A stretch of DNA of 63,994 bases, the filler included, from Asterionella formosa (taxonomy: Eukaryota), in assembly GCA_002256025.1 (NCBI GenBank). It is 4 parts of 4 records of this genome, joined end to end, with 100 filler letters (N's around TTAATTAATTAA, not from the genome) between each part and the next. Parts side by side here need not be neighbours in the genome. Positions count along the whole stretch, not along the records: positions 1 to 15,988 come from NKIB01005162.1; 3 more parts are not named here. One strand, 5' to 3'. A program made the translations under genes and the position numbers. The notes under the pieces were generated by a model. It saw only the letters and a program-made list of their open reading frames with translations, was not told the DNA's origin and made no database searches. Shown here in pieces: positions 1 to 13,861 of the stretch (positions within the stretch are counted from its first letter, which is position 1; the number at the start of each line of letters is the position of its first letter).

Positions 1-921
1 CTGGTACCGGAATGTATTCTCGGCATCTGCCTCTTCTGCTACACCTCCTCGGGGAAATGACCTCAGACAAACTACTACCGGTCGACATCATGCTGAAGAA
101 CAACCAGGGGTACATGTCACTCTTTCATCCTGACGACGTCGTCGATGATATACCGGTATTTGTATGTATGTTCAAACATACAAACGTATTTCTACATGTG
201 TATAAACAGTAGGCACTAGGACATTCTATGCTGTTTTGTTGGCTCGTGGCTAATGAATGGTGGTGACCAGCCAGCCAAAGGGCAATACAAATAGATTTGC
301 ATCAGTGTCCAGCAACGCACCACTTCCTGATGAATCTCTGCTTCGTCACATTGTTTCTAGTACCTCGTATATACTCTGTACTAGTGATGTGTTTTGACAG
401 CGGCTCCGTCAGACATATTGACTTCATACATGAGTACCGGTATGTAAGTTGGATGACAACTATATGTACCACAGTATGTGGATGAATGATTCATGGTGTA
501 GAAGAAACATACATGTCGAATGTACACCATACATAGAATTATGATATTTCCTCACCCCCCCATTTGTAGTGCGTATGGCAACTTATATATCGTTTATTGA
601 TACATTGATATATTGAATCTTTGTTGCGTTTGTTCGCCTACATACGTACGAGAATGAGAATCATCACCGCCGCTGGAAGTTTACTATGATAGTTAGTACA
701 CGGTGTACAGAAATTCTAGACTCGAGTACCGTTACCGGTACCATCCTCAGAAAGAATACCAGTACATGTATGTACCGGTCGTAAGGATGGCAATCCACCA
801 ACTTCTTCATCCATATTTTTTTTTAAATTGGCTGTCGATTGTTCATTGTTGTTTGCTTTCCCCACTCCTTCATTCACTAAATATATACTACCGGTATACT
901 ATTGATTGATCCGTCGGAATC

Positions 922-2704
922 ATGGCATCTCTTGGGTTTGTATCAGCCTTTCTGGTGTTGCTAGTGGCGATGCCGAGTGCCACAAAGGCATTCGTCTCGC
1001 CATCAAAGATGCGAACCAGGTGAGACTATAACGGAAATCTCTTTGCATTATATAGTTCATATTGTGTTTCGTGTGCTGCACCAAGAAAACAAAGGAGAAA
1101 CTATGAAATAATGGCCTATAATACTTTTTCATCAACTAACCCATTTTGGGCTTCACAATCAACTTTCTCTTATATTATCCTACGAAAGTGGAATGGCATC
1201 TCGCTTATTCCTCTCCACCACCACACCCACTACTACTAGTACTACTACGTCTCCAGATGTTATTGACAAGGAACATCCACTAGTTGTTGTTATTGCTGGA
1301 GCTGGTGTTGGTGGATTAGCATTGGCAAATGTGTTGCAACATTCGTGTCGTGTGGTACTATTGGAACGGACAGAAGAATTTAAACGATTTGGTGGTCCCA
1401 TTCAATTGGCATCGAATGCATTGCAAATTATTAAAACCATGGATGGACACGTCTATGACAAAATTATGAAAGAATTTACATTTACTGGTGACAAGGAAAA
1501 TGGAATTAAAGATGGCATTCGTGATGAATGGTATGCGAAATTTGATTTAGCAACACCAGCTAAGGAACGGGATATGCCATATACTGGAGTTATTGATAGA
1601 CCAGATTTGCAAGATATATATATCAAATCCTTGGCACCTGGGATATTGCAAAATGGTGATGGCGTTGTGGGGTATACCAAAAATCCAAATGGAGGGGTGG
1701 CTGTGAAATGTGCGTCTGGAAAGATTGTGCAGGGGGATGTTTTAATTGGAGCTGATGGGATTTGGAGCAATGTACGATCGGCAATGAGAAATGAACCAAG
1801 TAAAGGAGAAGGGAGTGGAGCAAGTTACTCGGGATATACAGTCTTTGCTGGTGAATTGGCATATGCGTCATTTGATAATGGCCAAGTTGGTTACAAGGTT
1901 TACATTGGACCACAGCAATACTTTGTCATTACTGACATTGGGAAAGGAAATTACCAGTGGTACGCATTCTTGGCCAAGCCTGCAGGTTCTGCGGAACTGG
2001 AAGAAAAACCAAATGGCTCCTCCTTGTACCTCCAAGATGTCTTTACAGGATGGTCTCCGGACATTCACCATATCCTCAAGGCCACCAAGGAGCACGAGAT
2101 TCAGCAGCGAGACTTGTACGACCGTCCCCCATCTGTCATAAAGCCATGGACAGATGAATCAGTGGCCCTCTTGGGAGATTCCATTCATGCCATGATGCCC
2201 AATTTGGGACAAGGAGGATGTCAGGCCATTGAAGATGCTATGGTATTGGCACAAGAGTTGCAGTCAGCAACAAAGAGGTCAGACGTGCCTGCAAAATTGG
2301 CGACATACCGATCCAGGCGACTGGTACGATCGGCAGCAGTGCAAGGGTTGAGTAGATTTGCATCTGACATCATTATTCGAGGATTTGACACACCAGCAAA
2401 GATTGTCTTTGAGAACGGTGTGCAGTTTCAAAACTTTAATTATGCCGGCATTGTTACCAAGATGCTGCAACCCATTTTGCCAATATTCTTTAATGTGCAA
2501 TTCAACTTTTTGTACGAAGGGTGGAAAAATGAAGGCATTGATATTGGGGCCAGTTTTGGATTCGTTTTCATTGGTGGATTCATTTTGTTGTTGGGAGCTG
2601 GGTCTATTGGAGAAGCGGGCTTGTTAGGTGGTCTTGGATTGGAGTCTCTTTTGGGTGGGGAAGGCTTGGAGGCCTTGTTTGCATCCCTTCGTGAATTTAT
2701 TTAG
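922..2704 (+). CDS. ZEP: Zeaxanthin/diatoxanthin epoxidase (FAD monooxygenase), plastid-targeted; join(922..1019,1189..2704), ~537 aa
   Basis: The ORF has GAGVGGL, GGPIQLASNAL, DVLIGADGIWSNVR and LLGDSIHAMMPNLGQGGCQAIEDA motifs. An upstream exon MASLGFVSAFLVLLVAMPSATKA-FVSPSKMRT ends at AG|GTGAG (1019/1020). Branch point ACTAAC at ~1135 and acceptor AAG at 1188 splice in frame to ATG 1193. The C-terminus is hydrophobic and Gly-rich. Confidence 0.93.
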
Positions 2705-4191
2705 TCAATCACTCATTACTACAGGAGAAATATTGTGATCCAGATGTGCAATGTACCAGTCGGTTTAGTGATTTGAATACCCTGAATGCATAAACACAGT
2801 AGTTTTTAATAGCTTTGTTTTTTGTTGCTTCATCATTTCACTCATGGTCATGCTCAAAAGTATTTGAGATTTGTTTAAATATGATGATAATGTTCGCTGA
2901 CTAAAGCAATCGGAAATCTGAACACAATTTATTCGTGGTTCTATCAAGCCGAGGTTTTCATACAGCAACTCCATCTAGTTTTGTAAAATGCAATGGATGA
3001 AGCATCGGGCGGGTCCCTGACTGGCCCAAATGATGCATCACAAGGATGCACACAACAAAGTTGGGTGGATAAGTCAGATGCAAACTGTAATAGCCGATGT
3101 TGCAGGAGGAGGAGCAATGGTGTCATGCTTACACCCGAAGCCAGGCAATTAATTATCTTGGCAGCATAGTGGTGGTCGATGTTCTGTTATCTACCATGAT
3201 GCCTGAGGGGTAAACAGCACCATCTACAATACAGCGGTCAGAGTTTACCGACTACACAGCTTTGATTTCCCGCATTAAGAAGTGGTTATCATCATCTGGA
3301 ACAAAAGATCCAAATCATGATCTGATTCAAACAGCAATCATCCTCTTGGAGAAGCAAAAGGTAAAAACAATAACCTACCATGTCATCAACGCACATCACA
3401 AACATGCAAAAAGTGATTTTTGAGCTGGTCGATTAGAAGGCACACAAACATGCAAGCACTCAAATCAAAGGACAACAATTGCTGTCTCTACGCATAAAAA
3501 CACGAAGAGAAAATTTAAGTTTTAAAGAAACCAATAATTACAAATATTGCAGGGTTGAAACAAATGCTAACACGATGGCATCGAAAAGGAAATTTTAATT
3601 TTTCTTTCTAATTCTCCCAAGCAATTTCCATTGTCGTTTTGGTGTATTTCTCATTGTTATGCAATCCACCTGATTACACAGTGTGTCAATATGTTTGCTG
3701 CTAGTTGACGAATGTTCTGACAACTGTGACACCTGGTGCCTTAACTCTTTAATTTCCTGAGAATTGTCAGTGACTTCATTGTTCTTCTTTGCTTCATGAG
3801 GTTCCACAAATATCAGTCCACCATCACTGGATACATTTGTATTCATGCAATCTATTTTCTTCTTCAATGCCTTTGTGTTCTGTTCATTTTTGACTTGCGC
3901 TGCATGGGTATCACTCAACTTCTTCTCTTGAGCTGCATGTGAGGCTCTCAATTCCTCTAGAGCCTCAACCGTCTTGGCAAGAGCCTCAACTACTATACTA
4001 GGCTCTGTTGCTAACACTTTCCTAGTACTGGCATTGTTTCCGTCATTGGAGCCATGTTTTGTGGTGTCCTGGGATTGTGCGACTGGTCCATTTCCAATTG
4101 TGCTATGCAGCTCCTTCGCAAGTTCAAACTTTGGTAGATCCCAGACTTGTTCAATAGTCATGTTCAAGGTTGTTGCTGCAAGGGCTTCATA

Positions 4192-7058
4192 CATCTAAAC
4201 CGCGAAATACGCCATTTTTCGAAATTTCATTTACGTAGGAGTGTTAATGATGGGGTACTTGACAAGAATTCATGCCACTCTTCCCTTAAAAAAGGTTACT
4301 TTTAACGGTCTCATGTGAAGTTTTCACAATGAACTTTGAACTTGAGACTGAATTAGTTGATGTTTCAAATAATTCATTTCTAAGTTCAACTAATATCCTG
4401 CTCTCGTGGCTAATTCATTTACTACATGCATCTTTATTTGTGAAATAGTAAGAATATTTGTGGTGTCTTCTTTCATGCATGGACAATCTACAGTTTATAG
4501 TTGTGCACTTCATGTAAATAATATGAACTATTATAGTGAACAAGACTTCTCTTCGAGGTTTTCATGTGATGGTTCAGAATCATACAGTGATTTCCAAGGA
4601 AAAAGAGTTGATGTTACAACTACATATTTTAAAGTTCAAGATAAAATTGTTTTAGAGGATAAATCATTGCGAAAGACAACTCAAGTAATGTATGATACAT
4701 ATGCCGAGAAGGTATGAATCAGCCAAGAAAGACAGCGAAAAGAGTTTTCGCCATCCTCATGCACCAAATTGACGCACCATAAACATCGCCGGTGTAGGCT
4801 GAAGTAAGTGCGCATTGTCAATGTAAAATTGGCAAATTGATCTTGCACTACACCAAAGCAACGCCAACTCGAGAGAGTGTCCTTCAGCGCTTATCAGAAG
4901 CACTCAGCACTCATGCGACGATAGCTAACCAAGTTAAGTACTGGTACAAGCAGCCCGAGTGCATGTTGTTGTCTTGCGCTGTGTAGTGGCTCAGTTGTTC
5001 TAACCCCTTGGCGCTTTTTTCCCTCAAATAATCCATCTGTACTCACGATTGGTAGATTGATTATCACAGCAAGGATTGCAGTCATTGGACGCACGCTTAG
5101 TCAAAGTGGCCCTGCTGCAGAATTAAAACTTTCCATTTTCAAACCAGGTTACAACAACTTGGGCAACGAAGGTATGTTCTAATACATTGGATGTCGGGAT
5201 TTCAGTACACTGCGCTTTGGGATCGTTGGATCTTGGATTCAACCAAGTCGGCGATGATGGGATTAGATCATAGGCACGTGCTTTGTTTGGCTCTGCCTTG
5301 CATATGCACTACAGGAAGAAGGAGCCATGGCGTTGGCTGATGGGATCAGGAGAGGCTACACTGTGACCAAACCGTATTTGACTGGAAACCGCCGATTAGG
5401 GCCAGATGGAGTGATTTCCTGAGTAACAGAAGCCATTCTAGAAGATGAACTGAGAAGGAGAAAAACCTCATATGGATTCAATGACACTTGAGGGATCCAG
5501 GAGCTCTTTTCAGGCGGAACAAGCATGGGACCAATGGGTTGCCACGCAGAGTCTACAATGCTCTGAATGTACGAATCACACAGAATTGAGGAAGACACAA
5601 CAGAATAAATTTTCATCATGCGAGTGGATTGGTTAACTCATCAGTTGATTGTTTTCAATATAAAATCCAGGCGTACTTTTTTACTATAGTAGGACAAGGC
5701 TAATGGTAGATCTTCCAGCCAGTGTATGTGCAATGAGGAGTAACTATATGTCCTCTACCTCTCGTTATATTTGTTCAAGTCACACTTGTAGCCTCAAAAA
5801 TTTGTCCCAACAAAATTCTTAGCAAGAATGCGCCAGATTTCTTCGTGCAGATTGTAGGTTCTGTTGGTACAAAGAGGAAGTCATGGCTGCGCCAGGATTT
5901 TTGCCCCTCTGAATTCATAAAAACAACAACATTCAACACCACTGTGAACAATTTATTTTCAACATTGGGACAAACCTTACAACTAGCATCCCCCTTCCAG
6001 ATTTTCAGCTGCCTTACTATAAACAAATCTGTTATCAGCGCACATATGGTTTGTTGCACCAACAAAAGGTGGAATGATGCAACATTTAGATGGTCCACAA
6101 TGGATGCTTTTAAGGTAAGATTATTTTGCTTGCTATTTTTGCTATCATATCAACAAGCGAAGGATAACTCATAATGATATGTTGCTGTTCTTAACATTCT
6201 TTCGACATTTCAACAGGCCTCTTCAGAAAAGGAATGTTCTTTTGAAAGCAGGAGTGATTGAAGGTGAAATGATGCAATATGGAGAACCGCAATGGAAGAT
6301 TTTACTAAGGTAAGCTTAATCCTCAGTTTTTGTCATCATATCAGCAAATCGAGAGATAAATCACACGCTTTTGTTATTGTTCTCTACATTTATTTTACAT
6401 TTTAGCCGTCCATTTCACAACAGGAACATTCTTTTGAATGCATCAGTGAGTTGCGGAGCCTGCCTTGAGGCTAATGCCGGTGTCTTGCGGTCAATTTGAC
6501 TGCTCCGTGAAACATTTGAATAGCACATGTGTGTGTTGATTTCTGCTGTTGCTGGTTCTATTAAATGAATTACTGACACCCTGCCTGTTGTTATGTAATT
6601 CTTTGCAGGTCAATGAAGAAGTCATTTCAAGGATAACAAGAAGGAAGCCAGTGTGATGCATTCCTGTTGCAATTTCGCAACATGATGCCTCGTCAAGAAT
6701 GAATAATTTTTTCATTCAGAATGAATGGCTTCTGTTTGTCTTGCATTGTCCTTACAGATGTCTCATTATGCCTGTCTTCTCAAGACTGAAGATGCAATTC
6801 TGAAAGAACTGCTTTGTTTGATTGCATATCGAGTTGAAGTATTTCAAATAATTATGTGAAGGTGATCACGTAATATAGTGATGTTCAGGAATGTAGTATG
6901 CATGATACTCTGATCAAATAATTAATGTGATGTATTCAGATATTATATAGATATATTTAAGTAAGCATTTGATATAATCAACTAATTCATGTGATCCATT
7001 CAAAATCAAGTAGGCTTATTTACGTGATGGTAACTTAACGTAATACGCGGCTTAGATG
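4192..7058. mobile_element. Non-autonomous TIR DNA transposon with TA target duplication (~2.87 kb)
   Basis: TA|CATCTAAACCGCGAAATACG at 4190 versus CGTAATACGCGGCTTAGATG|TA ending 7060 (19/22 inverted match including TA). Excision restores the flanking reading frame. Confidence 0.8.
5072..5570 (+). pseudogene. Degenerate RI-like leucine-rich-repeat gene fragment inside the TIR element
   Basis: Manual translation gives LKLSIFKPGYNNLGNEG, LGSLDLGFNQVGDDGIRS*ARAL and EEGAMALADGIRRGYTVTKPYLTGNRRLGPDGVIS*, which fit LxxLxLxxNxIGxxG repeats with stops and frameshifts. Confidence 0.75.
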
Positions 7059-7599
7059 TATAACTTAATATCATCCTTTTCGTTTTCCTGCAGAACAAGC
7101 ATCAAGAAAAGAGGAGTACCTTCACCTGGTTTCATGATATGGGCTAGGGCACAGTTAGCCATGTCACTACCCCTTGCTTTCCTTACTGGGGACATTGTTT
7201 GGTTCGGCTAGCAACTTCAACATGTACTTTTTTATCGCCCCAAAATCCTTGTCGCTATCTTCAAAGGCTTTGTTGTTGTACAATATACACTTGTTGAACA
7301 GGGCACGTACCATCACTCTTGCAAAGCGCTCTACTTCACACCGGAATGTCCCATGGAGACCATTTGTTTTCAGAGATGCTAGAGTAGCAAAGTTGGCAAG
7401 AGCATTAGCATCGCCCAAGCACTGCTCACGCATTGCTTTCATTTGGAGGATCACCTGCAAGAAGGAACCAATTCCGTCACTAAAGGGAAGAAGAACATTT
7501 CTCTTTGCCACTTCAATAATTTCAGCAACGTGTTCACCAATGTTCATTGTCTTGACAACCCCATCTCCATTTTTTAATGCGAAGGACTATGGAGCGGAT

Positions 7600-8314
7600 A
7601 GACACACCACTTCCCTCCACTACCATGTTTGAAGAAAGATTCCCACAAGCACCGATCATAGAGTTAAGTTTCCGTACAAGGAGCACATAAAACTCGCTGT
7701 ATATCTTGCCATTAAGAATGGCAAGTCTTTCTCTTTCTAACTCTCTCTCCCCCCCCCACATTGCCATCTTTTGTTTGAGATGTGTTTGATCCCATCTCGT
7801 CAAAAAAGGAGCCTGTCAGGACAAATCAAATTATACTTTGACTGGAGCCCCAAGAATGCATCCGTTTCATCAAGTACCACTACTCCTTCTTTATTCAACC
7901 ATTCCTTATTTTGGAATTCAGCAGCAATCCCTCCCGCAACCATCTCCTTGTACGCACACTTGCTCATACATTGCTTCAAAATTATTGTAAGTGCACCGTG
8001 CACCAATCTGGTCGCTTGTTTTCAAATTTGACACCTAGTTTAGCAATCACTAACTCTTCGTTCCTTTTTATGAACCCTCTCCAGTAACCCATTCCAAGTT
8101 TCTGATTTTTATTACATCGGTATGCAGAAGAATGTGATTGTCTCCATGAATTGACGCTGTCTCCTATTTTGGTTCCAGATATTAGGGAGTTGGAAAGATG
8201 AAGACTGTCATTGACAGATATAGGATTTCGCATTTGGGCAAGTTGAGGAATCAACTCCACCATGTACGGTTCTATTGCAAGTATCTGGCTTACCCTTCCA
8301 TGTTGGTGCCCCAT
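7600..8314 (-). mobile_element. Degenerate pogo/CENP-B-like transposase remnant
   Basis: ORF pieces IEPYMVELIPQLAQMRNPIS, LGMGYWRGFIKRN and KFENKRPDWCT, then YKEMVAGGIA and LICPDRLLF, resemble the HTH-to-DDE_1 region of protist pogo-like transposases. Multiple frameshifts. Confidence 0.55.
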
Positions 8315-8369
8315 TTTTGGTGAGACTCAGTTGACAATTGTGCTTCTATTCATGAGCATTTCTTCTGGC

Positions 8370-8712
8370 ACGTCTGTAAATAAAAAACCGTTAGGCCTAA
8401 CAGTTTTGCTGTAAGACCCACTGCCCCAAAAATTCTCAGTATGATGTACCATTTTTTGATTGATCATACAAAAAACTGAATGATTGATTAATATTGTTGC
8501 ATTGATCTTACGTATAATTAGCATAGATCACATGCATATTATGTAATATCTAATCGATTGCATTTGTAACATTGCTAACTAAGCACCTTTTAGTATACAC
8601 TCATCATATATATATATCAATGAGTTTCAAATCAATAGATCATAAGATATGCTTATGATCAATGCAGCACTCTAACTCTTATCATCAACTAACGTTTTGG
8701 TGTTCGATCTAA
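8370..8712 (+). repeat. Dispersed AT/GATC-rich repeat, copy 1 (probable TE end)
   Basis: Closely similar to 39632-40018, starting CGTCTGTAAA(T)TAAAAAACCGTTAGGCC. Confidence 0.8.
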
Positions 8713-11700
8713 AAATTGGCGGATTGCATCTGGAATGGTGTTGAAGAAGTTTCTCATAGAGGAACCGATTTCCTATCTGTAAGAAGTGCTAAGGAAAGAA
8801 AAGAGTACTTTGACCCTATGTTTGGAGGAATGTGCAATAAACGTATTCATTACTTCCAATTGACATTGAACCCTTTCATTTGTTCAGTTTTGAGTAAGTT
8901 TATTGGATTCCTTATTGTGTGTTTTTTGATTATATTTGTTTGCTTATTCTCTTCTCTTTTTTAGTTGAGGTAACCGAAACCAACTTGACGGAGTATAATA
9001 TATCCGATTTTATTTTTTGGGTTACTTCTCTGTACTAGTTTGTTCACCTGGACACTTGTGATCGTTCCTCCGAGTTCTACTGGGCTTTCCTCCTATTATT
9101 AGCTCCTATCAGCTTCTTCCAAACAGGAATCAAGAGTCACGATCCTTAATTACTGTGCCCAGTAAGATCATTCAAGCACAGGCTCAGCAAGCAAGGAAAG
9201 TGTCTTCTTGATGGCACCCATGTTGGTGATTCCATTCATCCCAGCACAGAGGCATATACCTTCCTGAGTGTTCGCGGTAAATTTCTAGTAAACAGCACCC
9301 TGAAAATTTTTCAGTATCTGGATGAAGTTACTGATATTCCTGAACAGTTCCTTAACTTTTGAAGAAATTGTTTTGATTGGCGGATCTGCAAAGGGACGCA
9401 ATAACCTGAATGGAAACAGTTCATGCCAAGTCAATGGTTTGAAGTTTTGCTGGAATGATGAAACACTGAAGTACCACAGAGAGCTTCTTGTTGATATTGA
9501 ACAACAAAACGCAATTGAAAAGGAACGAGTATCAAACAGTGAGGAAAAGCCTGACATTGAAGGTAGGCAAGATTTGTTTCGTCTTCAAGAGTTGACAACG
9601 CATGACTGGGATAATTACAATCAAGAACATAGAAAGTTTGTAAGGAATGATCCCCCATACATCCAACATAGTAAATTCTACCAACCTCCTTGACTTTGAA
9701 GAAGAGGATGAGGAACTTTGTCAATAGCTAGTAGGTGGCGGTCATTCAAACACTTTACAATATAAAAAGATGTTATCTAATAAATAGTAATTAATAGCGT
9801 TCAATTACATATAAACATTCCTTATGTGAATCTTCAATCAAAAATTTCATAAATTAGTCCATCCTGTTCCATCATTATGTTGCACTAAGAACGACAAAAA
9901 CTTTTGACTACAGTGCCTCCAACCAAAAACCAGAAATTGAACAAGAACTTAGATGGTATGAATGGCTGAAGTCACTTAGAAAAGATGTCGAAAGTAGTAT
10001 GAGCATAAACTTAGTTAGATTACTAGGCACCAACATCTATGAATAAAATTTCCACATTCCCATCTTTTATAATGATTTATCCTTCTTACAGGATAAATCA
10101 CTTATCTCCTTGACCTGATCAATTACTGTCCCAGTGACTGCAACAGTTTCGGAAATATTAGTAAGTAGTCATAAATTACATCCAGACTGGCAACCATGTC
10201 CTGTTTCAATATTTCCAACTCCTTACTGGATAAATGGGACAAATCACTTTCCTCCTTGACCTGCTTTTAAAATTTACTTTCCCAATCACTCCTAAAATTT
10301 CGGAACTCTTTTCGATAGACTCAATTAGACGCTCTGAGGAAGTAGAAACAAGATCTACCATGGGCATACAAGCAACACAATCTTTACTTCTTGGAATGGT
10401 ATTAGGAGAAGATGAACTGGCATCAACTATTTTGTTTTTACTCGCCTGTGTCAATGCATAAACGGAGAATACATGACGTCGGTGATCTATATTTGGAATG
10501 ACAGGTATGACGAATTCCATCGGCTTGTCAGGAAAAAAAGTTTTCCAATTTTGGCGATGCTTCTCAAATGTAGCCGTTATGGTGCACAGAAGCTTGTTCC
10601 TCTTTTCTTCTGTATCAATAGTACCAGCACCAACAATATCAGTAAAAATACAGGGATCATTTGAAACGCCCCAATAACGGAGAAGTTTATCAACATCATT
10701 GGACTCACTTCGACAACAATTGTTGCTGTACGACATTGAAATCAGCTATTGAATGAATAAAGGTTCTGGTGCCCTCATAAATATTTTACACTTCTTTGGA
10801 GTGACGAGAACATATGTGTGGGACAAGCTACACTAGTATGTATATGTAACTTTGTGGAAAGTATATGTGTGGCAATGGGGTTAGGCTGCTGTTCTATATA
10901 GTGCGTGCCTCTGATGTTGCCGATAAAGAGATTTCTTAGAACAATGGGATAGTACAATGCTATTAAGCAAAGTTACGGTTGTTATTTCGAACCCCCTGCT
11001 ATTCAAGATTCACATGGTGCTACTATTTCCTGAATGAAATGAAGCTACTTCCTGATTAGTGATGTTGCGGCGGCTCTAATTCTGCAGCATACAAACGTGC
11101 TCGCCAATAGCTAGTCAATGAGAACAATGGAAGACCCATAATTCAAGCCATGAGCAACAAATGCGCTGCCATCTGGTCCATCTTCACTTTGATCCACATC
11201 TCATCTTGAAGAACAGATTCGAAATACGCAATTTGTGTATTATGATCAAAAAGTTCTATCTTCTTCATTTCGGTTGGAATTGGAATCGGGTATGCCTTCA
11301 ATGCATCATTCTCCAATTCCGTCGAATAAATTGACCAAAGCTTTTGATTTCGAGTAACAAACAAACAATCAAACTTCGCCAGCATAATTCCCCATCAATA
11401 TCGAGACCATATCATTCGTTATAAGACTGAGATCATCATTGTCCCTGCAAGAAGGTAGCTCGCAAGGGATTCAACGAATGCACATAGCTTGTAAGAAATT
11501 CGATTACTGATATGCGAATGGAGAGATAATGACGAATACTACTGGTACAAGAATTGGATCAAAGCATGTACAGATAGAGCATTCAAATCGGAATGGCAAC
11601 AAGGAACGCACAGTTGTTGCACAGAATTCATTCTGATAGCATCGTTGGGTACAAGGTTTACATACACGTAAGGTGATCTGTGTAAAGTCATAACCTTTGC

Positions 11701-11751
11701 TATAACAATAATTGATCAAAGAGCAACAGCTATTGATCAATCAAACAACAT

Positions 11752-12100
11752 ATCAATATATCAAAACATTTTGTTAGAAGATTCAATTTGATAACTAATA
11801 TATATGACTTCTATCTATGCATAACCTGACATGTGTAAGAAAGTAATCTGACAAACAAATTTAATTGACCACACCGGCACAGTCATTGATACATCAAATT
11901 TATCATTAACATAACAAAACATTTGATCAATATATCAACAATTTGGATTAACCAATTAGTTCTGGTAACTAATACATACGAGTTCTTATACATACATAAC
12001 CTAACGTGTGCATGCTAATATCCTGACATACAAATTTGATTGATCATACAGACACTGCCGTTGATATATCAAAATTATCATCAACATGTCAAAACGTATA
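11752..12100 (+). repeat. Degenerate tandem duplication, two ~175 bp units
   Basis: ATCAATATATCAA...CATAACCT...CTGACA.ACAAATTT...TTGATA.ATCAAA.TTATCAT occurs twice at ~175 bp spacing. Confidence 0.65.
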
Positions 12101-12231
12101 CTGAGTAAAACTTTAGATCTAATGGAAAATCTATTCACAGATGCAGCCCATTCCTATCCTTCGCTTCTGCTATGATCATCGCAAGTGTTCCATTTTTTAC
12201 TCGCCTGCTGGCATCTTTGAAATTTTCTTGA

Positions 12232-13861
12232 GCAATTCCCGCTCCAGCTATTGTCTTGCCATTCGGGTCCTTCTAAGTAATTTTTAGGCTTAAAGTAATT
12301 TCTTAAGTAATCTATATTTTAGGGCGATATGGGGCTCATCGAATTTTTCGGCAATAAAATTGCCAATTTAAGCATGACAACTAGAATAGCGGTAATATGC
12401 ATAGAGATCATGGTACAACAAGCGTAAAACACACGAGAATGATTGTTACATGCAACATCAATGAAAATTGAACAAGATGTTTGGAACAACCAAAGTATGA
12501 AATGCGATGTAATAAGTAGTAGCATCAAATGAGAAATAGATAAAATTGTTTTGGGTTAGAAATGAAATAAAAAAAGAGTTTCAATGGAGACGTATGCATT
12601 GTGAATCATTGTAGTGGTACTTACACAGGCATCATTGACTTTCCATCACCACACAATCGAAGACCGAAAGAAGAAGAAAAAAAGCTGAACCCAATGTAGA
12701 CCTGCATCGTTATGTAGCGTAAATGGTCTGGTTGCTGCAACCATGCGCATCGCTGTAGTAGCCTGACACCAGTAGCAGTATTTTCGCCACAGTCATTCCT
12801 CTCCGCCCACCAAACAAGCAACCCTGATCATTCCATTCTGAGCAAGCATGATTGCCACGCTGCTCCAGCACTATTGACTCTTTCTAGCTGAGTATTCATG
12901 TAGCTTCTGATACAAACTCGTAGTAGAAATGTAGCAAAGCGCGTTAGTACAAGAAAAGCATTGCTTGGTGGCAATATTGACATCGCTCATTGTCAACGAC
13001 TATGCAAATCAACAAATACAATCAACAACGGCACAATACCACATCTTAAATGATTAGTCATTGAAAAATGCATTAGTTCTTATGTAGATATATACAATCG
13101 AAACAAAACGACAGTGCATGAAGCGATCAAAACAAACCACGGAAGCAATCAAATCGGAAAGTCGATAAATATGATCTACAATCCACATTCAGTGTTTCAC
13201 TGTTGTAATCACCAATCCGCTTCAACTAGCATAACAAGCAGCAGACGATGGGATCAAAGAAAGACAAACGTTGCCTATTGCAAGCCAAAATAGAGCAAAG
13301 GCAGGCAAGATTGAGTGAGAACTAAATTTGTGAGGACGAAATCATGCATTCGGTATGTAAAATCAATGAATATGTTAACGATATAATTCAACATTTCAGG
13401 TCTCTTAAAAATAATACCGAGTCTACAGAGATAACTTTATAACGTGTTCAAAGTAAGCGTTAAAGTATAGCTTAAACCATGCATGGTTGTTTTTAGTACC
13501 ACGTACGTATGTAGACTAGATGACTACCGGTACCAGTAGAATATCCGTTAAGCATCATCACATACATGACCGGAGCAAAAACTTGCTACCAACATCAGAT
13601 GTATCGATATCATTGTTCGTCCGACGAAATATAGATGATGCGACTACATGAATGCCTCGAGAAGACAAGCAATCCAACAATCAACCGCATCCGTTAGGCA
13701 AAGATTCGCTACTGCTGGCGTCATTGCGGAACTGATTTCGCTTCAAACCGGTCATGATGGACGACGACTGGCATGGTGAAAGGTGAATTGCCGAAGTCCA
13801 CTTTTCAGGAGACGAACAATAGGTGAATTCTGCATATAAATTATTAAAATCTGTATAGTAT
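12232..13861 (+). repeat. ~1.6 kb dispersed repeat, copy 1 (runs into a scaffold gap)
   Basis: Colinear and highly similar to 62141-63813 from GCAATTCCCGCTCCAGCTAT to AATCTGTATAGTAT. Confidence 0.9.

Larger units (their letters stand above)
3595..7547 (-). pseudogene. Hypothetical coiled-coil gene split by the 4192-7058 insertion and frameshifted near 7170-7200
   Basis: Removing 4192-7058 plus one TA restores ...LFLMLVLQENEKDDIKL-YEALAATTLNMT... in frame with ORF 3595..4194. ORF 7167..7547 lies upstream in a shifted frame. Confidence 0.65.
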
